A stretch of DNA of 63,962 bases, counting the filler, from Reticulomyxa filosa (Eukaryota > Protista > Foraminifera), in the NCBI GenBank assembly GCA_000512085.1. It is 12 parts of 12 records of this genome, joined end to end, with 100 filler letters (N's around TTAATTAATTAA, not from the genome) between each part and the next. Parts side by side here need not be neighbours in the genome. Positions count along the whole stretch, not along the records: positions 24,219 to 25,908 come from ASPP01022415.1; positions 26,009 to 29,736 come from ASPP01015147.1; positions 29,837 to 33,394 come from ASPP01010782.1; positions 33,495 to 49,314 come from ASPP01040213.1; 8 more parts are not named here. One strand, written 5' to 3'. Shown here in pieces: positions 25,813 through 39,628 of this stretch. The position numbers and the translations under genes were made by a program. Numbering within the stretch: the stretch's first letter is position 1; each line of letters begins with the position of its first letter. A model generated the notes under the pieces. The model made no database searches and was not told the DNA's origin. It saw nothing but the letters and a program-made list of their open reading frames with translations.

Positions 25813-27151
25813 TACAAATATTGCAAATATTACAATATTTCTGGACAAATGAATCATCATATTATTTTTAAAAAAAAAAAAAAATTTTATCACTTTTTTT
25901 TTTTTTTTNNNNNNNNNNNNNNNNNNNNNNNNNNNNNNNNNNNNNNNNNNNNTTAATTAATTAANNNNNNNNNNNNNNNNNNNNNNNNNNNNNNNNNNNN
26001 NNNNNNNNATATTTTTTTTAAAAAATTTTGATTAAATGTAGAGTGTCAGTATTTTGGACTATTAATTGCTCCATCACTTACACGACGCTTATTTTTGCAC
26101 TAACTTTCTGTTATCAATACAAACAAAATCAAGCTACACATAACCGGTCTACGATATATAATGGCAAAAATCAAATGAAACAAAGAGTTTATAATTTTGA
26201 GCGCAAAATGTTTGTAAAAAAAATTTCAAACAAAAAATGAAAAAAGGAATGAAACTGGAATTGTGCCATCTCAACAATAAAACGTTTGAATTTCTGAATG
26301 GAGCGCTAGTTGACGAACTTCACCACATTTTTCTACGAAATTCGATATCTTTAGTTATGGTTGTGACATGGTAAGCTGGAGATGTTTCGTGCTAATCATA
26401 TATAGTAAGATTTCGAACGGAATAACACTCTACAACTGGGCGTATTAAGTATAAGCAGGAAGAAAACAGGTCCCGACTGTTTGTTGGCAAAAAATAACAA
26501 TTCGTTCAGAGTATTGTGTAAATCAAGAAACCGGAATGCTGTTTTTTGTACGCCGTCCAATATTGATTACAAATATGCAAATAACACTTAAATATTACCT
26601 TCAATATGACACTTTACGTGCAATTTAGATTTTTCCATTACAACACATAGCCGCAAAAAGATGTTAGATCATATCGTTACTCACACAAATCGTTTATAAT
26701 TACGTACCACTTCTCTCAGTAACTGGATTATGCTACCTTTTTAATGTTTTTTTTCAGTTTTTAACAGTCAGTACAAATTTTTTATTTTCAGATTGTATAA
26801 CTTTTGGTTTGTAATATTTGAAAAGAATAATTATAAAATAAAGACATTTCATTTGCATTAATGGATTTCATTTAACATAATTTTAACTATCACACAATTT
26901 ACACAAAAAGACAAATTAATGAAATTTAAAAGGATGATCATATATGGTATTTGTCAAAATTGTTAAGTTCAAGAACAAGTAATAAAGAGAATGATTACAA
27001 TATTTTTTTATCTGAAGAACTATATATGTGAAAAAATTGAGTCTTGTAAAAAGCATCCGAACAGATGCAATAAAAAAAAAAAAGTATCAGTTCAAAACGA
27101 AATAAGTCACAAATCTTGATTACAACACTGACATTTAAGCGTATGGAATGT

Positions 27152-29680
27152 TTATCCCAGCAATTGGCGACTGACTAATTTAGCATAAGCGCCATTGGCC
27201 TCAATAAGACTTTCATGAGTCCCCTCCTCTATGATTTGTCCTTGATCAACGACCAGGACTTGGTTTGCTTGTCGAACGGTCGATAACCGATGTGCAATGA
27301 CAATAACCGTGCGGCCGACCATAACACGATCTAGAGCTTGTTGGACGAGATACTCGGATTCACTGTCCAATGCACTAGTAGCTTCATCTAACAGTAATAT
27401 TTTGGGATTTATCAATATAGCACGAGCAATGGCAACGCGTTGTTTTTGGCCTCCTGACAAACGAATGCCACGTTCTCCCTGTTTTGAGTTCAATTGTTTT
27501 CAAAACAAACAAACAAACAAACAAACAAAAATGTTAACAAGAATAAGTCGGTATGACATAAATATGCTCTCTTAACTACAAGGGTGTCATATCGATCAGG
27601 AAAAGACATAATGAACTCATGTGCATTTGCTGTTTTGGCAGCAGCAATTACTTGCTCTATACTTACTTCATGACGCAAGCCATAGGTGATATTTTCGTAA
27701 ATAGTGCGTGCAAATAACACCGGCTCTTGGCTCACTGAGCCTATTTGCGCGTGCAATTTTCTTAAGTCATATTCTTTCAAGTCTTTGCCATCAATGCGTA
27801 CAATTCCTTTTTTTTTTCCAGCAAACAAACAAACAAACAAACAAACAATGATAAAAGACGTAAAGAAAACATAAAACAAACGTATATACACACCACTATC
27901 AGGATCATAAAGGCGCAAGCATAAGCCGACAATTGTCGATTTACCACCTCCTGAGGGCCCGACCAGTGCACATATGGTTCCTGGTTTGGCACTCCATGAC
28001 AAGTTTTCTAAAACGACACGTTCTGGACGTGAAGGATATCGAAAGCAGATATTTTCAAACTCAACACTTCCTTTGATCTCTTTCTCCACATCCACTTCGG
28101 TGTCAGAACTGGACAGAATTTGACTCATATACTCCTCGTTGTACGCAGTGTTTTTTTTGCTGCTTTTCAAAAGTCTCATTTGTTTTGCCATATATGATTT
28201 GTCTGGAGGAATAGCTGTCTGGCGGTCCAACAATTGGAACATTCTCTCAGATGCTCCTAATGCCTTTTTTTTTTTTTTTTTTTTTTTAATTTTGTTATTT
28301 GCACTGACAAAACTTGCGCATGTGCAGCTGTTTTGCTCCTTGCAACTTGTTATATACGTATATGAAATATGTATATACGTTATATCAAAGCAGATTAACT
28401 CGCATCATATCTGAATACAGGTTGACAAAAGCAGCAAAAGAAAAACCAATTTGAATTGTCAATATCACATAGGTTGTCAATGACCCACTATTCATTTCCC
28501 CCTTGATCACACGTGTGGCACCATACCACAATACCCCACCAACACTGACATTGCTTAACACAACAAAAAATGACATAAATCCGCCCGTGGCGAAAGCCAT
28601 TCTTTACTTCCTTTTTTTTTATTTTTTATTTTTTTATTTTTTATTTTGTTTTCTCTTTTTAACATTTGAATGATCATTATCCTTGCACAAAGAAATATTA
28701 TGTCGGAAAGAGATATATTATAGTGTGATGTTTTTAGAACAGTAATTAATAGTCTAATTTAATTTTTTTCCCTTTGTTTTCTGTTTTTCCCTCCCTCTCC
28801 CCTCCTCCCCTCCTCCCCCCCCCCCCCCTCTTGTTATTATGGAGACAAGACCTTGTTTGTATGTTTGATCGATAGCGGAAAAAAAATGCTTTTCTTGTTC
28901 GTCTTCTTTGCTAAAACTTTTGACAGTACGCACTAATGTAATTGATTCGGTGGCGATATCGGTGGCGTGTGCCAAAATATCTTGACTAATTCGAGACAGC
29001 TTACGAAAATAAAAGCCATACCACTTGCCCACAATTGTCAACACTGGAACAATGGAAAGCATGACCAATGTCAAACTCCAAGATAAGTAAAACACATACA
29101 AGATTGACAGTACTACTTGAACCAAGCTATTTTTTGTTGTTGTTGTTCATTAAAATCTAATTATAGCATTGCGCTACAAATATCTTTTTTTTTTTGTTTT
29201 TTTTTTTTTTTTTTTAGTCCATACATTGCATCACAATTATGTACTTATTGTTTGAAATCTATATACATATATAGTGTTGTGGGTTACGTAAATGTGACCT
29301 TTGCAAAGCTTGTGCGATTTGCGTAGTGCATGCCGTTTTCAAAACGGTGGTATCTGCAGAAATGCGATTGACTAATTCGCCTGTTTTGTTCGAGTCAAAC
29401 ATGGCCAGTTCTTGCGACAAAATCGCACAAAACAATTGCTTCCGTAATCGTGCCACTAATCTCTCGCCTGCAATTTCCATGCACACCCATTTCCCAAAGC
29501 TACAAAGTCCACCGATCATACTTATTACAAATAACATCAACACCGACGTTTGCAAGAGCTCCATTGAATTGTCACACCCAATCGCGCTTATTCGACACAA
29601 TGCACGTACAGGAGGATCTAACTCGTTCTTATTTATGTCATGTGTACCTTGAGATATACTTTCTATTATTGCACCGATCA
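27152..29680 (-). CDS. ABC transporter subfamily B half-transporter (ABCB10/TAP/Mdl-like), multi-exon, 5'-truncated
   Basis: TMD motifs [13 protein letters not shown]...FD...TGELVNR and VRTVKSF. Walker [11 protein letters not shown]-loop VSQEPVLF, signature LSGGQKQR, Walker [13 protein letters not shown]-loop IAHRLST. Confidence 0.95.
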
Positions 29681-29697
29681 TCACTGTTTTTTTTCCC

Positions 29698-29736
<39 letters not shown>

Positions 29737-29836
29737 NNNNNNNNNNNNNNNNNNNNNNNNNNNNNNNNNNNNNNNNNNNNTTAATTAATTAANNNNNNNN
29801 NNNNNNNNNNNNNNNNNNNNNNNNNNNNNNNNNNNN

Positions 29837-31460
29837 ACACATATCTCTTTATCTTTGGGACAAAGTTTGTTAAATTTAAAAAAAAAGACAAAACTTTGAC
29901 TTTGGAAGTACTTTCATTGGTAACTCTCAACAAATAGGCCTCTGCGAATTTTGTCAGATTGAATCTTTTGTATTGTAGAAACATAACACATAGTAGATGC
30001 ATAAAGGAGGAGACATGTAGATCCGAACAAAACTTTTTTGCGGTGATCATTTTCTGCAATCCCAACTTCACCGTCGGTCTATGTGCTAAAATAAATAAAT
30101 AAACATTTACATTTACATTTATATATACACATACATACATATACACATATATGTATATGTAATGTGTACACTAAAAATAGAAAAAAATTAGATGAAAAAA
30201 AAAAAACCCAACTGTGGACCTCCATAGCAACAGCCATGGCAGCTCCTAACAGATAGGAAGGACAGAATTTGTATTCGTGCTCATGACTCCAGTTGTCATT
30301 GGCATTGGGTGTGATTGAAACAATCAAGTCGATCATGTTGTTGTATTTGACGACCTCAGAGGGCTTCACATTTAGCAAAAAATCCCAACTGTGTTGATAA
30401 AACAAGGGTTGTCTTTTGAACAAGAGGCCAAGCAATGCGCGAGCATGAGAGCGAATTGATGTTGGATAGTTTAATTGAAGTAATTTTTCAAACAGTTCCT
30501 GTCATTGATATTTATTATTATCGATGTACATATATGTATGTATGCATGTATGCATGTACGTACACATGCGATTGTAACGGAGAAAACAAACTGTAAACTT
30601 TATGACAAGGGGTAAATTGGAGGTAATTCAAAATCACTTGCAATGCATTGACTTGCAAATTTTGATCGATTTTGGGATGGTGAAACCACTTCAATAGATT
30701 GTTTTTCAAGTCGTTTTGAATCCACTCCAGCTCGATAAAGTCCAACGCCAAACGAAACTGGGTGAGTTCATCCGTTTGCACACTTTGATAGCGAAAGATG
30801 CATTCTTTTTCAATTTTGTCCAAGCAGTGTGCAAATGGGTTTTTTTCAATGTTTTTTATCGCCGCTTTGTCGGATGGGTTGGGTTTCAGAAAGCACTGTT
30901 TGATCACATCTGTCAATGGTCGACACTCCTCATTGTCACACCAATGGCGATCATAGATTTTGTCCCACAAATATGCTTGGATTATTTCAAAAGGCCATTC
31001 TGCTACCTCTTTGTAGCTGTGATACAATACATTGGGGATCACACTTAGTATGTGTTTCTTCACATTCATTCCTATGCAAACAAACACAATATATACATAT
31101 ATTTATGTATATATTCTCTCTCTCTCTCTCTCTCTCCCAACCATGAGGCAGTCCTTCTCCTCGAAGCCATCTAAGGAGCAATTGCAATACATCCTTTTCT
31201 CGTATCAATGCTGGACATGATTGTACTGCTGTGGACTCAGCTGATGCTTCATCGCTACGTCCACTTATTAAATTCAATAACACTGTTATTTTTTGATGAC
31301 GCACCGAATGGTGCTGCGGTCCGATCAATGGTGTTTTCAACTCATGGAGAAATTGCTGCACTGCTTGCTCTCTTGTTGTCGTGTGTCCACTGTTGTAGGC
31401 TGAGGTTATCTCATTCGCTCGCTCTTCTATTGTCACTGTATCCAAATCATTGTCTTTCAT
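29837..31460 (-). CDS. Integrator complex subunit 1-like (N-terminal part)
   Basis: NVLYHSYKEVAEWPFEIIQAYLWDKIYDRHWCDNEECRPLTDVIKQCF parallels my recollection of INTS1 (NLLMAAY...WPE.FVKVY.EDSLGER.WVD...CK.FVDNI..AF). LLKWFHHPK parallels LEMWLQNPK. Confidence 0.55.
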
Positions 31461-32065
31461 TTTTGTTTTCTTTCTCCTTGTTGTTTTCACTCTACACAAC
31501 TTTTGTCTGACGATCCTTGCAGACCATGCCCTGCAAATTTTGTTGTTAGCATTTAGCCTCTTCAAATCAATTTACGTCTGATTCAATCCACAGACTATTG
31601 CTTTATATTATTATTATTATTTTTAAAAATGTGGGTGGTTCAATCACGTGCAGTTCAACTAGCAAAGCCAAGTGTAAGTGTCAATCTTTTTTGCCATGGA
31701 TTTTTGTTCGTTGAACAATAAGGAAGCTAAATTGACGTTCATTTTGACAAAAATCTGCTCAATTACTTATTTGTCATTTCATTACTTTACGCCTTTTTTT
31801 CCTAATGCCAGTGGGAACATTTTCGTACTGTACATAGTCACTCCTTAATTAGTGAGGCGTCACTGCATCCGTTGTGCAAAGTATTTAAAAAAACCTTGCT
31901 TTGGAAACAGTAAAGCGCCGTCTTGTACTTTAAGTGCTTTGAAAAGACCAAAAAATATTGTGGCGTCACGTTCTAAAAACTGCAAAGGTTTTAAAAATAT
32001 CCTTTGTGCGCTTTCCCTCATCAAGAAAAGGATTGTTAAATTGATTTGTCAAAGATTGTAACACT

Positions 32066-33310
32066 ATGGCAAATCTAACAACCACAGGTTTGCTGAACGA
32101 GTGTTTTACATGTTTGTCGCACAGAAAGTGGCAAAAGCAAGAGACTAAAATGAGCCACATATGTTGTGAACAATATGACAAAGCAAATTTGAAATGTTTG
32201 TGGGATGGTTGATGAGTAGGTAGTAATAACGAAGATGGCAGCTTTTCGTATCAACTGATAAGTTTCTTACCGGACAATCCGCATATGAAATGGGAAACTT
32301 TGTCAACGCTGCGTGCAATAAGCGCGGGTATAGTGTTGGTGGTATTGTTTATTGGAGCGGGATTTTGCTATGTGATGGTGGCAAAGAATCGTCACATCAC
32401 ATACGCAGTGAATCGTTGGATATTTGTACATCTGTTCTTCTGTATGTTTTCAGCGTTGGCATTGTCGTGTTGGGTTTGGTTGACCGCATTTACCAAGTCC
32501 AGTTCGTTACAGAGATTTATATTTGAGATATGCGCAATATTGCTCTTTGTGTCGAACATTTGTTTGTTCGTGTCGTTGGTGAGTATGGTGTTGCATAGTG
32601 AATATGACATGAAGTATACGGCTTTGTGTAGATCACGTAGCAAGCAAAAAAAATCCCAAGAAAGAAAGCGTCGACGTATTCTAAGAAAGATCGAACAGCA
32701 CAATGAAGATGAAGATAGTTTTGTTCTTTTTTTTTTTTTTTTGATTATATTATTTTATTTACACGTTTTTTATTACATTTATGTATATATTATTTCAAAA
32801 ATAATAGCGGATGAAATTTATGAGCTACCATTCTGGGAACGCTACTCAAACGATCAAAAAACATTTGTGCTCGGCATTGCCACGATCCCCTTTGTTTTGC
32901 TCGCCGTGTTTGGCTTTTCCATAATGGATAAAAATAGCTATGGCATCATTTTGATGTGTATCTGTGGATTGTTCTGCTTGCCGTTTTTGCTCTGGGCCAT
33001 ATATGTCATCGTCTTCTCCAAATTTGTGTTTCTCATTCTCATTTACGTCGGATGCATGTTCGCCTTGTTCGCCTTCAAGCACGGCGTTAGTTGGGTATCG
33101 ATCATCTTTTGGACACAGATCTATTACATTCTTATACCTACCCTGTGTGTCTTTGCACTGGGAGGCAAAATTAATTTGATCAGGTTTGTCTTTTGCTATC
33201 TTTTTTTTTTGCTCTTGCACAGTGCAGTTTTGTTGTTGTTATCATTGCAAATTTAGGATGGCCCTTATCATGTTGGGCGTTTATTTCGTGGTAATGGACT
33301 TGGTTACTAG
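32066..33310 (+). CDS. Multi-pass membrane protein of unknown function (partial)
   Basis: Short first exon MANLTTT, with intron 32088-32219 joining it in frame to ORF 32285. At least 7 hydrophobic segments and a basic cytoplasmic loop. Confidence 0.65.
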
Positions 33311-34888
33311 TTGAGTACTACAAGGACACACAATACAGCACAACATATATCATTATTTTTGATGTGCGGTCTTAAAAAAAAAAAAAAAAAAAAANNNNNN
33401 NNNNNNNNNNNNNNNNNNNNNNNNNNNNNNNNNNNNNNTTAATTAATTAANNNNNNNNNNNNNNNNNNNNNNNNNNNNNNNNNNNNNNNNNNNNTATTTT
33501 CACCAAAATAAATTTTAAAGTAAAATTATTACTTCAATGTTGATGTTATTTGTTAGTTACTCTTTGTAACGTATTGTATTATTTAGTACTGTATTCAATT
33601 TTGAGTGAGGTGCTTGTTTTACAATATTTTGCCTTTGTGTCAATTTAACAAATTACACTCTTTCCACCTAAAAAAAAAAAAAAAAAGAAACAGTACTCTA
33701 ATAAAAACAAACAAAAAAAGGAAAGGACCAATAAAACATATCAAAAACTCACACACAATCAACAACAAGTGAAAAAAAAAATTTTAAGTTTTAATTTAAT
33801 CTAAAAAAAAACAAATAAATCTCAAAAATTGTACGGCGAGATCAATCAACTGTTGTGAAAACAAATTTGGTTCTTCCCTGTGGAATGATTAGGAGCAATG
33901 CTAATGCTCAACTGAATCCTCTGAGCCTTGTTTTCGAAGTCCTCTTTTAACAAATTAAAGCAAACTAAAACAAAAAATAAAATTTAAATACTTGCCATCT
34001 TGGCTTATTTAATAGAAAAATTACTCACTTTTGTTCGACATTCTTTCTTGTTAATATTATTTTGTTTGTTTCGTTTGTTATCTTGTATATATCTGATCTC
34101 GCAATATCAGATATCTGACTAGTAAAAAAAATTTCTTTTTTAGTAGTTTGAAAGTATTTTCTTTGTATCTTTATCTTTGTTTCTGTTTTCGCTACGATCT
34201 TGTTGACGACGAAAATCGTTGTTAATAATCGAAGATTAACTTCTTTCAGATACTGCTAGATGTTGCAGTAGCTAGTCTTCCTCAAAAGCTTATCTCGATG
34301 ATTATGGATGTTTAAATTAATTTTTTTTTCAATAATATGAATTTTCAATTTCTTTCTTTCGTATTGCTCTTTTCTGCGACATAACCGGATCTGAAGATAG
34401 ATTGCTATGTTTTTTGTCACTTCTTATATCTTGTGACCCTTGCTGTTGTTGCATTTTACCAATGACTTATTCGGCAATGAAGTCATCTTTCACCAAACTC
34501 CAAACACTTTAATACTCGGTGCAAAATTTTTGCAAGTGGATGTCGTTATTCCTTAAATAAAACTTTGGATCGCTGTTTTTGCGTCCTGGCTGATCGTGCC
34601 TGAATCCCCAAGTAATTAAAGTGATTAAATAACCTTTAAATTACAATTTCTTAATACCAACAATAAAAATTTCCAAATAATTTCCAATAAAAGATTCCAA
34701 TGAGAAAATTTCAAATTTCAATCAAATTTCAATTAAAATCCAATCAACAAATCTTCAAAATAACAAATTTGTGATCTCTTTGTAATATCCCAAAGGCCCT
34801 CTTCAAGGGTTTCAAATAAATCCTCCAATTAATTAATACAAATAATCTTTCAATAACAACCAAGGAAATTTCCTAAAGAAATTTTTTT

Positions 34889-35650
34889 TCAAAATTTCAA
34901 ATAATATTTCAAAATCAACTTCAAATTTTGAAAGATCTTGGTGCTTGTAATGTATTTATAATCTTTGGAAATATATTCTTTCCAATGAGAAGCATTTTTA
35001 TACATATCAATACGATCTTGTTTACTCAATGATTGTATGAATATCATTGTGTTTCGTAAATGATCTTGGAATGTTAATCTATCTAATTTTATTGCTGTAT
35101 TTGGGTCCAAAATTTCATTTTTGTGTTGTTTCTAATCAACAACATTTTAAGATTGTTGTTCTTTATTATTTATAATAGTCACATGGATGAAACTAATATG
35201 CAATTTCGCATGTTTCTTCACTTGCTTTGCTTAATCTATAGACTTGTAATGTATGAATGACTGTTCGCGATTTCTTCGAACGATAAACTGTTCTAATCTC
35301 ATGACCTTCATTCTCCAATTCTGAGCAATATCTTCTTCAGGATAAATTCCTTTCAAAACAATTTCTTTAGTCTTGAATTCGCTATCTGACACATGACAAA
35401 TGATGTATTTGCCTGATACTGCTACATTAATATCATTCACAATGTCTTGAACATTATCCACATTACTATTTCTGTTAATGCGTAACACTAATTGTTAGCC
35501 TTTGTAATTGTTCATATGGTTTCCCAATATTTTTTCAAAGATCTCGTGACAATCTGATTGTAGTTTTTTGATTTACGACAATGTTCGATGGATCTGCAAA
35601 TGTGAATACTACTGTTGGAAGCTTTTCTAGTTGACACTTTTTTTTGCTTG
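34889..35650 (-). mobile_element. Decayed ORF1/gag-like remnant, probably non-LTR retrotransposon
   Basis: Broken frames including KEIVLKGIYPEEDI, reminiscent of LINE ORF1. Intron-less coding-like sequence with many stops. Confidence 0.35.
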
Positions 35651-35880
35651 GTTGGTTCAGTTGTCATCTTAAGATAACTTGATCTTGATATCTCGATATC
35701 GAGTTTGATCTTTTTAAAGTACTGAAGTATCTTGAAGTTTTACACCTGTTCCAACGAGTTTTTACTTAGAATGTGTCAGATCGTCACGATGATCTGATAT
35801 ATGATTTATTTTTTTGCATTTCATTAAGATACGAGGAAAGCACTCGCGCCAGCAACGTGCTAGGAGCCTCAGGCTCCGAT

Positions 35881-36010
35881 CAAAAAAAGGCCACTGAATG
35901 CTAAAAACTAAAGAAAAGGCCACTGAAGGTCTGGAAACCAAAGAAAAAGGTTCTGAAGGCCCGATATCAAAGGAAAGGCCCCGAGGCCGAGAAACAACTG
36001 GAAAGGTCCG
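35881..36010. repeat. Degenerate ~30-bp tandem repeat (AAAGAAAAGGCCACTGAAGG-like, 4-5 units)
   Basis: AAAAAAAGGCCACTGAA / AAGAAAAGGCCACTGAAGG / AAGAAAAAGGTTCTGAAGG / AAGGAAAGGCCCCGAGG at ~30-bp spacing. Confidence 0.7.
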
Positions 36011-36778
36011 ACACAAGCAACGATCAAAGAAGCAGTAGTTTGCACCTCGGTACTCTTAAAGCAACTTAGTACAAGATACGCTTGAAGTTTAAAATACACT
36101 TCCACATCTCAAACCATACAACACACTAGATGCTGATCCAATAACAACTCCCGAAAATGAATTGCAATGAAAAACTTTGCCAAAAACAATAACAAAAGGT
36201 AAGAAGTCAATAAATATTAATTTTTTTTTATAAAATGGAATTAATCCATTGAAAGAGCATTTGAAGTTGGTGTACCATAAGGATTATCTTGTCCCCTTTG
36301 TTATTCTATTTCACATCAATGTTTTGCAAAAGCAATTCAATAACCAATTTAATGTGGGATTTTTGTAGATGACATGCCAGTACATACATCCATATACAAG
36401 TGATGAAAAAAAAGGAATTACAATTGAACCAATTATAAAAGAGTTTGGATAATGCGAATTGTTACTATCAAGATGGAGGTTATTACAAGACTCATCCATA
36501 CATCCAAGATTGAGAATACCCAAAGATGAATATTCATTAAACAATATTTTAATTCAAGAACAGACAATGTGAAATATGTGGGACTAATCACATCCATAAT
36601 TAATTAAATTGGAATTTGTTTAGTAGATCAGACCTTACAACTCCTTTCTGAATTTCAATGTACTGAACTCATTTTTCACAGAAGAGTTGAAATATTTAAA
36701 AAATTACAAAAAATTTACACAAAACACTAGTCCAAACTTTTTTATAAAGTGGTGCCCCTTCTTCTAACGAATATTACC

Positions 36779-37420
36779 ATGAATCTTATTCCTTGGGTGT
36801 TGGGATATTTATTTGTTACTCTCTACCATAATTCATGTTCCCTTGGAAAGCCGTTATACGTAGAAGTTGGACCTGGCAAGGAAGAATGCTTTTACGAACG
36901 CTACGAAGTTGCGGAGGCAATCGAGTTTTTGTACATTGTCCGTCGTGGAGGCCAACATGATATTGAAATAAAGCTTTACGATCCAGCAGACCGAGTAATG
37001 GAAGTCAAGAAAACTAGTAAATACGATCGGTTTCGATATCCCTCGGCACCAACTACTGGAGTGTACAAGATATGTTTTAACAACGGGATGAGCCGATGGA
37101 CGAGTAAATTGGCAGGAATTGAATTACTTGGCAATCATAAAGTTGACAGTGAGCACTACACCAATTTGGCCAAACAGTCAAATGTTGGAAAAATTGTAGA
37201 TGATATAGTGAATGTTGGGAGAAAAATTGAGGAAATTGAGGAAATGCAAGAAGTAAGCATAGATATGGAAGAAGCATTTTGGGAAGCTGTCATGGCAGGG
37301 AACTCAACAATAGCGTACATGACTATGATTGAAGCGACCATTTTAATTTTTATTTCAATTTTTCAAATCCGCCAAATTAGGATGTGGTTCAAAGGTGGAA
37401 AAGAAGGTTTTGGTGTTTAA
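36779..37420 (+). CDS. p24/emp24/TMED cargo receptor (GOLD domain)
   Basis: Signal peptide, VGPGKEECFYE, GVYKICFNN.MSRWTSK, coiled coil, TM segment and FQIRQIRMWF tail. Intron-less. Confidence 0.93.
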   Translation: MNLIPWVLGYLFVTLYHNSCSLGKPLYVEVGPGKEECFYERYEVAEAIEFLYIVRRGGQHDIEIKLYDPADRVMEVKKTSKYDRFRYPSAPTTGVYKICFNNGMSRWTSKLAGIELLGNHKVDSEHYTNLAKQSNVGKIVDDIVNVGRKIEEIEEMQEVSIDMEEAFWEAVMAGNSTIAYMTMIEATILIFISIFQIRQIRMWFKGGKEGFGV

Positions 37421-37713
37421 AGTTTCTCGAGCTAAATTTTGTTGCTAAAGTATATCATCTTTCTGAGTTGTCACAAGATATAATTTTATACAAAAAAAGC
37501 CTTGGCCTGAGTTTTGCAATAAAACAGAATTTTTTTATTCGATGAAGAGGCTTGTTTGATATTTACGTTATCTCAAAATCACAACATCTAAGAATTTTAA
37601 TAAATCATGAGTCTACAATTTTCAAAGTGTACATAAAAAAGTTGTGTCGTGTGACTTGTGACGATAACAAAGTCTGAAAAGATACCACTTAAATTGGGAG
37701 AGTAAAATTGTAG

Positions 37714-39028
37714 TCAATGCCTATAAGCAATGCTTCCTTCAATGCACACTTTCAACTCCCTACTTTTTTTATCTTCGCACTGAATGACAAACTGATCCAC
37801 GTTTTCGTAACGTGTAATATCGACGTGCGCAATCGCAGGTAGAAACAAAGGTCGTACAAATACACTATGGACCTCCACCCAGGCTTTTTCATCAGTTTTC
37901 ATGAGTTCCTGAAATGTGACAAATGTGCACTTGTCACTAAGTTTTGCAATGTTATTTGCAAATCGACTCGTCAGCAAATGATCGACAACCTTTCCAACTG
38001 ACCACATCCCATGCATTACGTTCGATTTCATGCCAAACAGCTTGGCAGTACAAGGATACAAATGAATAGGGTTCATATCACCACTTAAATAAGCAAAGTC
38101 ACGTGATGTGTGGGATTTGATAGTCCATTGCAACTTTTCCTGTGACAACTGATCTCCCAATTTCATATCTTTGTTTTCAATTTCGTGTTCATTGCTTTCC
38201 TTTTCTAATCTCCATTTGGATGGAGCTTTGATTAAGTAGGTATTCACACTTTCGTGTAGTGGTGTTGTCTCTTTGGAATTCGTTGGATTTTGAGAGGGCA
38301 ACAGAGAGGTATTTTGGCATTGAAATGTAATGTCTTTTTTGGGGGTGTATTCCCATTTTGGCAAGATTTCGCTTTTTAAAATTATTTCCTTTTCATTTAT
38401 GCTTGCATCTTTCCTTTTCAAAGGACTCGTCAACAATCCGTATACTTTCGTCTTACTTTTCCAATGAACGGCACCTAATAGCCTTTTCTTCCACCACAAA
38501 ACATAGTTTTTTATTTCGAACGCATTTTCGAGTTTTTTGAATTCAATGCAAAAAGTCTGTAAATTTCGACTTTTAACAGGCACAACAAGCCGAACATAAA
38601 AAACAAAAGCACCTAAATGGAAATTCTGGACGAGTTAATACATAAATTTGAGCACGAACTGATTGACAATCAAAAAAAGAATAAGGAACGAGCTGGTCCT
38701 GCTTACTTGTATTAATATTCAAGCATTTCAAATATTTCTTCAATGCCTGCTTGTCAATAGTTTGTGGTTTGATTAATACCAATAGCGCTGGCATTCGATT
38801 ATCTTTGTAATATGACACAGGTTTCAATTCCGTGACAAAGGATTTGTAGTTGTACTTGCATAATTGAGAAATTAGGGCTTCAGGAACAAATACCCCCAAC
38901 GACGGCACTTTGTCAAGCTGAAATAAAATTTTTGTTGTATCTGAGCTAAGACGGAATTTGAAGCGTTTATTATACAATCTGGAGACACATAAGCACAAAA
39001 TTGCCACTATTAAACCATATAGCCACAT
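37714..39028 (-). CDS. MaoC/HTD2-like hot-dog (R)-hydratase/dehydratase with N-terminal hydrophobic anchor
   Basis: FAYLSGDMNPIH...AKLFGMKSNVMHGMW catalytic motif and FVRPLFLP. Short intron near 38580-38611. Confidence 0.85.
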
Positions 39029-39331
39029 TCGCAAGTTTCGAATAGAAAGAAAAAACTCGAAAAGCGTAAAACAGTTTGTATTAAATACGAACATTAAAAG
39101 AATGTTATGTTCAGGTTTTAAAAAATAGTTTTGTTAATCTAGAAAATTAGCAGTTTGTGTTAGAAATGCAACAGTCTCCAGGAATCATATCCTTGGTTTT
39201 CAGAAGAAAAGATTACTTGTACATTTGGCATAAAAAGTAAACTAATATTTAGTGTTTTCGTTTGCACAGTGTTCCTAAAAAGGCTACATGATTGTTTTGA
39301 AGCCCCTTCCCAAACAAAATTCGATATCGGA

Positions 39332-39628
39332 ATGGGGTGCGCTTCTTCTCAGAATAATAAAGTTGAATTTGTGGAATTTGCCAGTAATGAAGAATGGCCT
39401 CTTTACTCCTTAACAGTATCTCAACTAGAGAAGCAACCATGGGAGTCGGTCAAAGAGACGTGTGCTCAGAAAGACTACGCTGTCTTTGGGCTAGTGAAAG
39501 AAAACGTAAAAATCGAGATATGGGATATTAAGAACCGTTGTCAAGTTGAAAATATGCAAAAATTACTTGCTGAAGTAAAAACAGGAAATCACAAATTTGA
39601 GGTTCGTTTTGCAAAAGAGAATTTATGA
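39332..39628 (+). CDS. Small predicted dually acylated protein (MGCASS N-terminus)
   Basis: 98-aa ORF starting with an MGCxxS myristoylation/palmitoylation motif. Divergent from the MaoC gene. Confidence 0.65.
   Translation: MGCASSQNNKVEFVEFASNEEWPLYSLTVSQLEKQPWESVKETCAQKDYAVFGLVKENVKIEIWDIKNRCQVENMQKLLAEVKTGNHKFEVRFAKENL

Noticed and set aside
35881-36010. CRISPR-like periodicity
   Set aside because: Degenerate tandem units without unique spacers; eukaryotic context and no cas genes.
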